Assembly: GCA_963718525.1 (NCBI GenBank)
Contig: OY970355.1
Location: forward strand, 160,001-224,000
DNA: 64,000 bases
Reading direction: 5' to 3'
DNA from: Candidatus Dormiibacterota bacterium
GTDB taxonomy: Bacteria; Chloroflexota; Dormibacteria; Aeolococcales; Aeolococcaceae
Shown: positions 9,084 to 18,540 of the stretch, one piece after another
Layout: each line of letters opens with the position of its first letter
How positions within the stretch are numbered: position 1 is the stretch's first letter
The notes under the pieces: model-generated
Databases searched by the model: none
The model's input: the letters and a program-made list of their open reading frames with translations, nothing else
What the model was told of the DNA's origin: nothing
Program-made: the position numbers and the translations under genes

Positions 9084-9557
9084 TCAAGACAGCTCGAGAA
9101 TCGTCTCCTCGATCTCGGCGTTCCGTGCTGGAGCAAAGGACACTTCCGTCGCGATCGGCTGGAAGCCCGCCTTCTGAAGCACTCGGAGCGACCCGGCGTT
9201 GTCGCTCGCAGCACGGGCTCGGATCGGCCGAACCGAGATCTCCTCGAGGAGCATGGCCAGCGCCCGCGTTGCAATCCCTTGCCCCCAACAAGTGCGATCG
9301 ATCCAGTAGGTGACCTCGGTCGTGCCCTCGGAGACGTAGCTGCCTATGGTGCCGACGAGCCGAGAATCGCGGATGATCGCCCGAAGCGTGTTCTCAGTGG
9401 AGGACAAGATCTTGGCCATATGGGCGTCGAAGCCGCTTCGATCGCTCGGGTCTTCAGCTGTGAATGCCGCCATGCGCACTGACTCCGGGTCGCGCATCTC
9501 CTCGAAGATCGCGTCGAGATCTGAAACCTCCACCGGACGAAGCACAACCTGCGACAT
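9084..9557 (-). CDS. GNAT acetyltransferase (RimJ/RimL type)
   Basis: YWIDRTCWGQGIATRAL, DNAGSLRVLQKAGF; AGGAGG SD. Confidence 0.93.
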   Translation of the reverse strand: MSQVVLRPVEVSDLDAIFEEMRDPESVRMAAFTAEDPSDRSGFDAHMAKILSSTENTLRAIIRDSRLVGTIGSYVSEGTTEVTYWIDRTCWGQGIATRALAMLLEEISVRPIRARAASDNAGSLRVLQKAGFQPIATEVSFAPARNAEIEETILELS

Positions 9558-9610
9558 GCGGACGGTCCTCCTGGTTCCGACACTTCCGAGCGACTCACCA
9601 ACCCTTGTCG

Positions 9611-10216
9611 TCACTGGGACCGCGCAAGCAAGAAATCGAACGTGGTCCGAATGAATTCATCCATTGGAGCGCGATCACTGATCAACTTCGCGCGCGTTGC
9701 CGCGCCCTCGTAGCCGTCGACGAGATAACGCCCGAGTGCATCGACATCTGCGCCCTCGTCGAGCTCCCCCGCTTCCTGCGCCTGAACGAGCGCCTTGCTG
9801 ACTGCCGCGCTCCAATTGTCGAGGGCTTCGGTCACGGCGTTCGTAATCTGGGTGCTGTGTGGAGCGAGCTCGGTCGCGAAGTTGCCGAGCAAGCAGCCCC
9901 TTCGGACACCGCAGCTGACGTTCTGCTCGATGACCGCTTCGAAATACCTTCGGATCCGCTCGAGTGTGGTGCCATCGCCTGAGAAGATGTCGCTCGCGCC
10001 GGCCTCGACCACGTAGGCGCCGACGAGGCGGCTGTAGGCGTGCACGACCTCGATCCCCAGCGCCTCCTTGCTCGCAAAGTGGTTGTAGAAGGATCCCTTC
10101 GGTACGCCGGCCGCCTCGACGATGTCCTGGACGCTGGAGCCGTTGAACCCGCGGGTGTGGAACACGTCCACGGCGCTCTCGATGAGCTGATCCCTGACGC
10201 TGGCTCGCGGCACCAC
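9611..10216 (-). CDS. TetR/AcrR family regulator (NemR/LmrA-like)
   Basis: GFNGSSVQDIVEAAGVPKGSFYNHFASKE HTH; RGCLLGN. Confidence 0.95.
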   Translation of the reverse strand: MVPRASVRDQLIESAVDVFHTRGFNGSSVQDIVEAAGVPKGSFYNHFASKEALGIEVVHAYSRLVGAYVVEAGASDIFSGDGTTLERIRRYFEAVIEQNVSCGVRRGCLLGNFATELAPHSTQITNAVTEALDNWSAAVSKALVQAQEAGELDEGADVDALGRYLVDGYEGAATRAKLISDRAPMDEFIRTTFDFLLARSQ

Positions 10217-10237
10217 CCCACTATCTCAGGTTTGGAT

Positions 10238-10255
10238 AAGATGACCGGTCATATT
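10238..10255. promoter_or_regulatory. Probable TetR operator
   Basis: Perfect palindrome ATGACCGGTCAT (10241-10252) between divergent tetR and tautomerase. Confidence 0.7.
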
Positions 10256-10314
10256 GCCGATCGGGACATCCCATCCGGCTCCAGCGCCATTCATCGACCG
10301 CAAGGAGGTCTCCC

Positions 10315-10743
10315 ATGCCGATGATCGACGTCTTCGCCTCAGAAGGCACCTTCAAGGACAAGCACCTGCTCGCCCAGGATCTCGCCAGGGCGGTCATGCG
10401 CTGGGAGAAGGTGCCCGAGATCCCCTTGTTCTTCGAGAACACCGCCGCGTTCATCCACGACCTGCCTGCTGCGGCGATCTCGAATGCGGCCGGCGACAGT
10501 AATTACGTCCGCGTCCAGGTGCTCACGCCGGTCCACGTCCTTGATCGCGAGAAGCAACTCGGCGTCGTCAAGGAGCTCACGGAGATCGTCGTCGCAGCCG
10601 CCGGCGACCCGAGCCTGACCGATCGTACGTGGGTATTGATCACGGAATCGCCGGAGGGCGGGTGGGGCATCGACGGTCATGCCAACACCAGCGACGACAT
10701 CGTTGCTTCGGCACGGGCGGCGCTGCAGGCGAAGGCAGGCTGA
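10315..10743 (+). CDS. Tautomerase family protein (4-oxalocrotonate tautomerase-like)
   Basis: N-terminal MPMIDV (catalytic Pro1), TWVLITESPEGGWGI; AAGGAGG SD. Confidence 0.88.
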   Translation: MPMIDVFASEGTFKDKHLLAQDLARAVMRWEKVPEIPLFFENTAAFIHDLPAAAISNAAGDSNYVRVQVLTPVHVLDREKQLGVVKELTEIVVAAAGDPSLTDRTWVLITESPEGGWGIDGHANTSDDIVASARAALQAKAG

Positions 10744-10753
10744 GCCACCGTGA

Positions 10754-12601
10754 TCAACTCGGGGTGGATCCCACATACACGCCGTCCAGATCAAGCGCGG
10801 TTCCGCCTTCGCACGCAAGCCGCAGCGAGCCCGCTCGATCGTCCCCCGACGCCACCACGACGGTGCTCGCCGCGGGGATCCACTGCCCATTGATGGCGAG
10901 GCTGTCATGGGCCGCGGCGGCGGGCGTTGCAAACTGCATGGTGACGGTGCTGCCAATCGCGACAGCGATGTCCGTCGTCACTCCATCGCAGCTCATCATC
11001 TTTGGTGCGGGGATGAGTGATACGGATCCCGCCGCGGGCTCGAACGGTGTGGCCGTCGCGGCGATCCCTGCACTGTCAACGCTGGCGTAGCTGGAACCGA
11101 GGTGGAACAGATCCTGGCTCACCTCGCCGAACCACGCCCAGCGTTCCAGCACCGCACGCGCCGTGGATGAGAAGCGGACGTTCTGTGGAGCGGTGTAAAG
11201 ATACGTGTACCCCTGCGCCGGCAGGGCATCCAGGAGCCGGGTCGTGACGATGATGGGGAGGAGCATCATCCCGCGTCGCCGTGCGTAGTACGGTACCGCC
11301 GGCGACCACGTCAGACCGTCGAACACAATCAGGTCTTGCGGCTTCGTGCCTGCGTCGATCTCGCGTGCCTGCGGTAACACGTTCTCGGGATCGGCCACGT
11401 GGTTTGTGTAGATGGGCGCAAGGAAGTCGCGCTGAGCAACCAGTGCAGAACCCAACGATGCGAGGATGGCGAGCACGGCCACGACCCGCACCGGGGTAGG
11501 ACGCCAGTAGCGGATGACCCCGTCGAGCGAGTAGCCCAGGACAGCCGCAACGGCGGGAGTCACCGCAGCAAGGTAGTACTGCTGGACGACATAGAGATTG
11601 AAGAACACAAGCACCGGCAGGGCGCCGGCCAGGAGGATGCCGATCCACACCGCCCGCCGCTCACGGAGCCACGCAATGCCGCAGAGGATCGCGAATGCCC
11701 ACAGCGGCAGCCCGGTCACGAGGGTGTCGAATGGGTGAATGACGTCGTACCAGGCGTGGACGCTGAAGCGCTGAGCGATGGTGCCGAAGTTCCAGATGAA
11801 CAGTGCCTCGCTGGTGAGCCAGCTGGTGGCAGGGTTCGACGCCTTGATGTCGTCGGCGTGGTGCGTCCAGAGCACGCACGCAATCAGTGGAATCAGGAAC
11901 AGCACCAGGGAGACATTCAGTCGATCACGAAGCCAGATCCGCAGGGGCGGCCTCGGTCCGCGAGACCAATACAGCAACAGTGGCACCATCCAGAAGATCG
12001 CGCTGGTCACCTTGACGACCATCGCGAGCGTGCCGAGAACAATGGCGAGCGCTGCAAAACGCTTGTGACGTTTGTCGATCCAGATCATCCCGGCCCAGAC
12101 GTACGCGACCGAGAAGGCCGTCGCCATGTATTCGATCATCGACGACCGGCTCCACCAGATATTGAACGGTGACAGCAGGAAGACAAGGAGCGCGATCACC
12201 GCGGCAGTCCGCGTCGAGAGGTGGCGAACCAGCCCCCACAGCGCGAACGCAGTTGCCATGAAACAGATCAGCCCGCTCGCTCGCAGCGCAATGTCGGTGG
12301 CCACGCCCAGGTTCATGACGAGAGCAGCCATGGCCTGGAACAGCGGGAACTCGAACGGGACCTGCCATGGGCTGCCCGACACCGGGAGCTGAGGGTTGAG
12401 CAGATTGATCCCCTGCTGGTGATAGATGAGAGCCGGATACGCCGTCTCGGTCTGCCGAAACGACGAGATCGCGGTCAACGGCTGGCTCAGATGCGGCAGG
12501 CGTATGAGGAGTCCGATCGCCAGGAGTCCCAGCACGATTCCTGCCTCTTGGAGACCGGGATCGGCCCAGACGCTCCGACCCCTTCCTGCGAATCGCTGCA
12601 T
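10754..12601 (-). CDS. GT-C fold (GT39/ArnT-like) membrane glycosyltransferase
   Basis: FRQTETA, EFPLFQ, SP...WWSRSSMIE, many TM helices; TACAAT 7 nt before ATG. Confidence 0.85.
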   Translation of the reverse strand: MQRFAGRGRSVWADPGLQEAGIVLGLLAIGLLIRLPHLSQPLTAISSFRQTETAYPALIYHQQGINLLNPQLPVSGSPWQVPFEFPLFQAMAALVMNLGVATDIALRASGLICFMATAFALWGLVRHLSTRTAAVIALLVFLLSPFNIWWSRSSMIEYMATAFSVAYVWAGMIWIDKRHKRFAALAIVLGTLAMVVKVTSAIFWMVPLLLYWSRGPRPPLRIWLRDRLNVSLVLFLIPLIACVLWTHHADDIKASNPATSWLTSEALFIWNFGTIAQRFSVHAWYDVIHPFDTLVTGLPLWAFAILCGIAWLRERRAVWIGILLAGALPVLVFFNLYVVQQYYLAAVTPAVAAVLGYSLDGVIRYWRPTPVRVVAVLAILASLGSALVAQRDFLAPIYTNHVADPENVLPQAREIDAGTKPQDLIVFDGLTWSPAVPYYARRRGMMLLPIIVTTRLLDALPAQGYTYLYTAPQNVRFSSTARAVLERWAWFGEVSQDLFHLGSSYASVDSAGIAATATPFEPAAGSVSLIPAPKMMSCDGVTTDIAVAIGSTVTMQFATPAAAAHDSLAINGQWIPAASTVVVASGDDRAGSLRLACEGGTALDLDGVYVGSTPS

Positions 12602-12729
12602 GGGGCGGATTGTATGGACTTTTGCCCTGCGCGACGATCATCGTTTGCGTAGTAGGGCTGTGTCCGCCCTTCAGCTGAAACTGGACCCGAACACGAGTTT
12701 GCCCCACTCCTATGAGGTACGCCCCCACC

Positions 12730-13074
12730 ATGGCTAAGCCCGAGCGCGAATTCTTCGCCACCAACACCGTCGACTTCACCCCCTGCGCCGGCGACGTCGT
12801 GACTCTCACTGAATCCATCCTTGCCGCCGATCCTGAAACCGGCGTCGCCACCTCGCTGATGCGCTTCGCGCCCGGTGCCGACACCACGCCCAACGGAGTC
12901 CAGACACACGAGTTCTGGGAAGAGGTGTACATCGTCGAGGGCTCGATCACCGATCTGCGGTTGAATGAAACCTTCACCGCCGGTATGTACGCCTGCCGTC
13001 CGCCGGGCATGCCCCACGGACCATGGCGTAGCGATGACGGGTGTCTGACCTTCCAGGTGCGCTACCGGGCTTGA
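12730..13074 (+). CDS. Cupin domain protein (ChrR-like cupin_7)
   Basis: HEFWEEVYIVEG and YACRPPGMPHGPW motifs. Confidence 0.9.
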   Translation: MAKPEREFFATNTVDFTPCAGDVVTLTESILAADPETGVATSLMRFAPGADTTPNGVQTHEFWEEVYIVEGSITDLRLNETFTAGMYACRPPGMPHGPWRSDDGCLTFQVRYRA

Positions 13075-13119
13075 TGGTTCCAGCTGGCCCGACGGTCGGA
13101 CGGTGCGCGCGCAGCGTAT

Positions 13120-13640
13120 CTATGCCTCGAGCTGCGGGGCAACTTCACGCTCGCGTCGCCCCGCCGGCTCTGGATCGCCAGCGTCACGTTCGAGCGCCTG
13201 CCACGCTTCCCCTCGCACGATGTACCCCACGTTTGCGTGGCTGACTCCAAATGCTGATGCGATGGAACGGTAAGTGACTCCATAGCGCGCCATGCGCCTG
13301 ATCGATAACACGTCAATGACGGTGAGCTTCGCATTGGGATGGCGTTCGCCGCGGTATGTGCGGCGATTGAGCACCTGCTGCTCCCAAGTCGTCCAACGAC
13401 AGTTGCCCGGTTCGTAATTGCCGTCGTTGTTGATCCGATCCAGCGTCAGGTGGTCAGGACACGACCCCATGTCGGCGAGGAAGGCCTCGAACCGATGCCA
13501 GCGACGGCAATGGTGATTCCGCGACCGCCATAGCGCACCCAGTCGGCGCTCGAGGGATTCGTGCAGCGCCTCAACATGTCCCTCCAGGCGTGGTATGTGC
13601 GCGTTCCGCTGCCTGCTGCTTGTCCGTGACTGCGCGACAT
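13120..13640 (-). pseudogene. Phage-type HNH endonuclease-like gene with 1-nt frameshift at about 13509
   Basis: Frame A: TYHAWRDMLRRCTNP....YGGRGITI; frame B: CRRWHRFEAFLADMG..P...TLDRINNDGNYEPGNCRW, then GE.HPNAKL and HTH; joined by restoring one T (ATT TGC). Confidence 0.85.
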
Positions 13641-13872
13641 ACACGAATCGAACCAGGACGTCGGGCACGTTTCGCGGACTGTCGAGCGCCGGGGCAGGAA
13701 GGTTCGCCGCCCAGGGTCACAGTCCGCGTGGGTTCACGACGATGGCCCCTTGTGTGATGCGAGCCAAGACGACCCCGGCCTCCTCATCGCGAGACGGGTT
13801 TTCGACGCCGTACGCGGTCCCTGCAACCGATCATGTGCACATTAACGCCCGGGGACACATAGACTCCGAGCT

Positions 13873-14820
13873 GTGCAGCACTTGCGACGGCGGCCTCTCG
13901 GTGCCTCGGGGATCGAGGTCTCGACGCTTGCACTCGGATCCTGGCGCACGTACGAGCGGATTCCGCGAGAGCAGGGCATCGGCGTCATGCGTGCAGCGCG
14001 AGAGCGCGGGATCATCTTCTTCGACGATGCCCGCTACGACGACGAAAGCGGAGGAGCGCCGATCCGGACCGGATATTCAGAGGTCTTGTTCGGGGAGCTG
14101 TTTCGCGCCACAGGATGGAGACGCGACGAGGTCGTCGTCGCCAACAAGCTCTGGTGGGAGTTTTGGCCTGATCAGTCAGCTGCCCAGGAGCTCGACGACT
14201 CCCTGGGTCGAATGGGCTTTGACTACATCGATCTCGCGTATTCCTGGGCGACGCCCGGCGGGCCGCCCATCGAGACGATCGTCACCTCCATCGGAGCGTT
14301 GATCACATCCGGAAAACTGCGCGCGTGGGGCACCGGAAATTGGCAGCCGGCGGATCACGAAAGGGCAGCTGGACTTGCCCTTGAACAGGGGATACCACCG
14401 CCGTGTGCCGCACAGCTACCCTACAACCTCGGCGTCCGTGACTATGTCGAGTCTCCGGCTGCGGTTCAGGCTCTCGACCACTCAGGTGCTGCTGTTGTCG
14501 CCTCCTTCGTCCTTCACGGAGGCGTGCTCACCGGCAAGTACGCAAAGCACCTCGCGTCTGGCCGCATGGCCGACGAGCTCGAGGATCCAGAACTGCAGCC
14601 GCTCCTGCAGGCTGCCAGTGATCTGCGCACACTCGCCACCAAGCTCGACTCGACGCCCGCCATGCTCGCGATCGCATTCGCGATGGCCAATGAACGCGTG
14701 GCGACAGTGCTCTTCGGCGCCACAACCCCCGAGCAGGTCGCTGAAAACGTTCGAGCCATCGAGCTTCTAGATCGCCTTGACGCCGCAAGTCTTGCCGAGC
14801 TGCGGGCGATTGGCACTTGA
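13873..14820 (+). CDS. Aldo/keto reductase (Kv-beta-like)
   Basis: LGASGIEVSTLALGSW, FDDARY, SLGRMGFDYIDL, GATTPEQVAEN. Confidence 0.93.
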   Translation: MQHLRRRPLGASGIEVSTLALGSWRTYERIPREQGIGVMRAARERGIIFFDDARYDDESGGAPIRTGYSEVLFGELFRATGWRRDEVVVANKLWWEFWPDQSAAQELDDSLGRMGFDYIDLAYSWATPGGPPIETIVTSIGALITSGKLRAWGTGNWQPADHERAAGLALEQGIPPPCAAQLPYNLGVRDYVESPAAVQALDHSGAAVVASFVLHGGVLTGKYAKHLASGRMADELEDPELQPLLQAASDLRTLATKLDSTPAMLAIAFAMANERVATVLFGATTPEQVAENVRAIELLDRLDAASLAELRAIGT

Positions 14821-15127
14821 TGAGTTGATTTAGAACCGACCTACTCGAGACGCGCTGACGCAGACAGTCGGTTGCGCCGTGACTCGGCTCCGATGCGCTA
14901 CATCGCTCGGATCTTCACCTCACTTCCCGCAGCTTTTGGCGCCAGTCACCACCACACGGATCAGTGCCTCCGGCACGGTGCTCCCGGTGCCCCCCCGACA
15001 GGAATCGTACCGGCGACCAACTTGCCACCCGGCGCGCCGCAATCGCTGGCAACGATGCCGGACCGGAGACTCAAGCTCACCGCCATACCGCGCGGCGGAT
15101 GGCAGCGCTTCTTTCAAGTATTCGTAC

Positions 15128-15202
15128 TGGAGCGGGAGACGGGGCTCGAACCCGCAACTTCAACCTTGGGAAGGTTGTACTCTACCATTGAGTTACTCCC
15201 GC
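15128..15202 (-). tRNA. tRNA-Gly (anticodon CCC)
   Basis: 75-nt cloverleaf GCGGGAG...CAACC TTCCCAA GGTTG...GGTTCGAGCCC...CTCCCGC TCCA with encoded CCA. Confidence 0.98.
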
Positions 15203-15222
15203 ACGGGATTTGATCTCGGTTA

Positions 15223-15283
15223 GAGTGTTTCCCTTACAAAAGTGAAGTAGTGGATCAACTCCCCAAGGTTGGGGGAAACGCTC
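15223..15283. repeat. Left recombinase-flanking site
   Basis: GAGTGTTTCCC (15223-33), GAAGTAGTGGA (15244-54) and inverted GGGAAACGCTC (15273-83); both 11-mers recur at 16350-16369. Confidence 0.7.
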
Positions 15284-15399
15284 GGCGAGGAGGCCATGGT
15301 AGACGACGCGTGAACCACCGCACGCACACGGCATCTGCGGAATGCGTCAGGCGTGTGAGAGCTCGGGAGATCGGCACGAAGCAAATGCTGAATTTCGGG

Positions 15400-16329
15400 C
15401 TAACGCTCCGCCCGGAGAACCTCCATCAGACGGTCGTGGGCATCGTCACTCCCGAGGTTGTTGTAGTGCTCGCGGATCATCGCCTCCGATCCGTGGCCCA
15501 TGATCTTCTCCACCACGATCGTGCTCTGTCCGCTCATCAGCAGCCAGCGGCACGCGCTGTGGCGGAGGACGTACGGGTTGACGACCTTGCGCACGCCGGC
15601 ATCAATCGCCAACGCGCCGACCATCTGACGAACGCCGGGGACAGTAAGCCCCTCGCGCTCCCCCGTGCGCCGGTTACGACGCAGGCCAACGAAGATCGGA
15701 TCGTTGTCATCACCACGAGCGAGCGCCCGCAAGCGGTCGTACATTTCGCCGGTGATCGGGACGTCGCGCTCGTCGGCCTTGCCACCGATGCGCACGTAAT
15801 GACGACGTCCGACGTGGCGAAGGTCACCCTTCGTAATCGAGATGAGTTCGCCCGGCCTCATGCCGGTGTCGGCGAACAGCCGAATGATCACGCGGTCTCG
15901 CTCAGTGGCGGCGGTGCGCTCCAGCAGCGCGATCTGGTCCCGCTCCAAGGTGTCCACCTTGCGTCCCGGCACCTTGTGCAACGTGACCTTCGGCGCGACG
16001 GCCGCGTGCTCGTCGGCGTACCACTTGAGGAGCTGGTTGGCGGCCTTGTGGTAGGTCTTGACGGTGTTATCCGACAGCGGCGCGTCAGATCGCGTCAGGC
16101 GGTCGCGGATGTCAGCGGCAAAGCGCTCCAGGGTGCCCTGGTCGATGTCGGCGACGCTGGTGATGTCTTGCTCCCGGCACCATGGCAGGAGCACCGCATG
16201 CAGGGAGTACCCGTAGGAGTGCTTGATCGTGCTCGGCTTGACTCCCCGCGAGCGGCACGCGATCAAGTAGTCGCCGATCTCGGTGGCGAGGTCGGGGCGC
16301 GCACCCTTGGCAACCTTGATCCTCGCCAC
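15400..16329 (-). CDS. Tyrosine recombinase/integrase
   Basis: TGMRPGE (R), GGK (K), PYVLRH (Y-x-x-R variant of HxxR), MGH, C-terminal EHY; likely GTG start 16329. Confidence 0.93.
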   Translation of the reverse strand: MARIKVAKGARPDLATEIGDYLIACRSRGVKPSTIKHSYGYSLHAVLLPWCREQDITSVADIDQGTLERFAADIRDRLTRSDAPLSDNTVKTYHKAANQLLKWYADEHAAVAPKVTLHKVPGRKVDTLERDQIALLERTAATERDRVIIRLFADTGMRPGELISITKGDLRHVGRRHYVRIGGKADERDVPITGEMYDRLRALARGDDNDPIFVGLRRNRRTGEREGLTVPGVRQMVGALAIDAGVRKVVNPYVLRHSACRWLLMSGQSTIVVEKIMGHGSEAMIREHYNNLGSDDAHDRLMEVLRAER

Positions 16330-16338
16330 AGTGCCTGT

Positions 16339-16381
16339 CCTCACAAAGGGAAGTAGTGGAGTGTTTCCCCCATTAAAAGGG
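16339..16381. repeat. Right recombinase-flanking site
   Basis: CCTCACAAAGG GAAGTAGTGGA GTGTTTCCCCC ATTAAAAGGG; permuted copy of the left site. Confidence 0.7.
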
Positions 16382-16409
16382 TTTTGGTGGCTATCCGCCA
16401 GTCGCGGCC

Positions 16410-17039
16410 TCAGCTGCAATGCCAGGGCCCTACAGCGCTGATTGTCGAGCTGGACACCGTCGTGTTGTGACCCACAGACAATTGAAGAGTCGCGGCGACC
16501 ATCCCTGACCGACCATCGCCACCCGTAATGGTCAACACCCCCGCGACCGATTGCCACAACTCATCCGTACCGTATCGCAGGATTGGGCCGCCATTCACGT
16601 ACTGCCAGATTGCGCCCGTGCCGTCCTGCTGGATGGCAACCTTTGGCTCGCCATCACCTGCACCGAGTGGTCCAGGCCACGGTGGTAGGTCGTATCTCCC
16701 CGGGCCGGTATAGGCGCCCATGATTTCGATGTAGAGCCAAGCGCCAAGGTCGCCACCCGAAAGACGGAGCACGGCGTCGAGGGTGTGACCGGATACTGAG
16801 CATGTCGACGACGCATCAGGGACCGCCTTGACACACTCGTTAAGACCTCCGACGAGTGCGAGGTGATCAAACGGGCAGTCCATGGGTATTGGCGTTGGTT
16901 CCGAAAACGCGGTGACCGGATGAGCCAGTCTGGTGTCGCGCAGTCCGCTGATGAGCCAGGACGCACCGCCGACCACGACCACGAAGCCCGCCAACCCGAG
17001 CAGGACCGCGCGCCGGAGGTTTCGTTCGGACATGCCCAT
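16410..17039 (-). CDS. Membrane-anchored hypothetical protein
   Basis: N-terminal TM after RR, Cys-containing beta domain ending GPWHCS; GAGGAG SD. Confidence 0.75.
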   Translation of the reverse strand: MGMSERNLRRAVLLGLAGFVVVVGGASWLISGLRDTRLAHPVTAFSEPTPIPMDCPFDHLALVGGLNECVKAVPDASSTCSVSGHTLDAVLRLSGGDLGAWLYIEIMGAYTGPGRYDLPPWPGPLGAGDGEPKVAIQQDGTGAIWQYVNGGPILRYGTDELWQSVAGVLTITGGDGRSGMVAATLQLSVGHNTTVSSSTISAVGPWHCS

Positions 17040-17124
17040 GGAGGACTCCTCGAACTCGACTATAGGCACTCGGATGGAGGTGCGCGACGCACCCGATCAC
17101 GCGCCAGCCAGCACTTCCTCGCAC

Positions 17125-17913
17125 TCACGGAAGAAACTCCGCCGGCTGAAATGGACTGATGAAGATCGTGTCTGGCTGGCACCCTGGTCCTCCTGCGAGA
17201 GTCAGCCTCACCGTGAAGGTGCCGCCGCCGACACGGATTCGGATTGCCGCTATCGCGCTGTTGCATCCGCCATCCTGGTACTGAATTGGTAGCGATGCCT
17301 GCCCGCGAATGCCCCCTTCGGGGTTCGGTCCAGGCGCCGCGCCCTCGTTGCTGAGCGGCAGAAGACCGACACCTCCATTGGGAAGCGTCGGGACATAGCC
17401 GGAAGCGCGGTCAACGGTCGCTGGTGTCGACAGTGGCCGGCCACGAGCGTCCAGCAATTGGACGCTCGGTGTGCCGCGCAGCGTGCATCGTCGCGTTCCA
17501 CGGTCGGTGAAGATCACGTAGGTGATCCCATTGCCCAATGCACCAAAGCTGCTACCCAAACGGACCTCGAGTTGCGACGCGGTGCACGGCGGTCCCACCG
17601 CAGGCAGGAACGAAGTGGGAACGGGCGCCGGAGTCGGCAACGGCGTGGATGCGGGTGTGGGTGTGGGCTGAACGGCGAAGGTCGGGGCGATGGATGCGGT
17701 CGCACGCGGCGGCGTTGTGGCGACGCTTGCGGGGCGGCGCAGCAGCAGCGCGACCGTGAGCACCCCGGCAAGCAACAGGACAGTCGCCATGACCAGTGCA
17801 AACCGTCCGATCCACGGGACCGGGCGCACCGGCGCGCTGTCCCGTGACGGCGGATCCATGGTGACCAGACCGCGCAATCCACCACGGAGGCGTTCCTCGT
17901 CGATCTCAGCCAC
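17125..17913 (-). CDS. DUF4232-like membrane protein, putative anti-sigma factor
   Basis: Coupled to ECF stop; TM, Pro/Thr linker, CTASQL...GA.GN.......FTD.G...CTL.G.P.V.LLD motif. Confidence 0.8.
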   Translation of the reverse strand: MAEIDEERLRGGLRGLVTMDPPSRDSAPVRPVPWIGRFALVMATVLLLAGVLTVALLLRRPASVATTPPRATASIAPTFAVQPTPTPASTPLPTPAPVPTSFLPAVGPPCTASQLEVRLGSSFGALGNGITYVIFTDRGTRRCTLRGTPSVQLLDARGRPLSTPATVDRASGYVPTLPNGGVGLLPLSNEGAAPGPNPEGGIRGQASLPIQYQDGGCNSAIAAIRIRVGGGTFTVRLTLAGGPGCQPDTIFISPFQPAEFLP

Positions 17914-18418
17914 GATCGTCCCCGACGTGCAGGCGCAAGCTCGCCAGTGCGCGGGCAAGGTGACTCCGCACCGTGCCACCTCGCAACTTGAGGATCACCG
18001 CGACTTCATCGAGCGTGAAACCGTGGCCGTAGTGCAGCGTGATCACCGCTCGCTGCCGGGTGCTGAGCTGCCCAATCGCAGCGCCCAACTCGGCATCCCA
18101 CTGCATCACCGATGAGAGCTCGGATGCCTCGGAAAACGGCACGTGAAGGCGGCTGGACAACGCATGGCGCCGGCGTACGCGGATCGCCGAACGCGCAGCA
18201 ATCGACGCCAACCACGACCGCCGTTTCGAGACGTCGCGGATCCGGGTCCAATTCCTGAGCGCGTCGAACCATGCCGTCTGATAGGCGTCCTCGGCGTCGT
18301 GGAGGTTCGCGGTTATCGCCAGCGCCAGCCCGTACATCTCAGATCCAAACCGTGCCACGGCTTCCTCGACGTCATCCTTCCCGGGGAGCGGGGTCTTGGT
18401 GTGCCCCATGGTTGACAT
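17906..18418 (-). CDS. ECF RNA polymerase sigma factor
   Basis: DAEDAYQTAW, SWLASIA, LSTRQRAVITLHY..G....EVA..L....GTVRSHLARA. Confidence 0.92.
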   Translation of the reverse strand: MSTMGHTKTPLPGKDDVEEAVARFGSEMYGLALAITANLHDAEDAYQTAWFDALRNWTRIRDVSKRRSWLASIAARSAIRVRRRHALSSRLHVPFSEASELSSVMQWDAELGAAIGQLSTRQRAVITLHYGHGFTLDEVAVILKLRGGTVRSHLARALASLRLHVGDDRG

Positions 18419-18540
18419 CTCTACAGCGTTTAGAGGTTCAGCAGGGGCAAACGGTTTACATCGACCGCGACACGGGCGACGGCCACGGGTCGTGACTGGC
18501 TCGTCACGATCAACCCGGCCGGCGGGGGGATGCTTCGGAG

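Noticed and set aside
13500-13520. Programmed ribosomal frameshifting at the three split genes (13509, 24238, 56295)
   Set aside because: No slippery heptamer or obvious stimulator; simple indels or sequencing errors are more likely.
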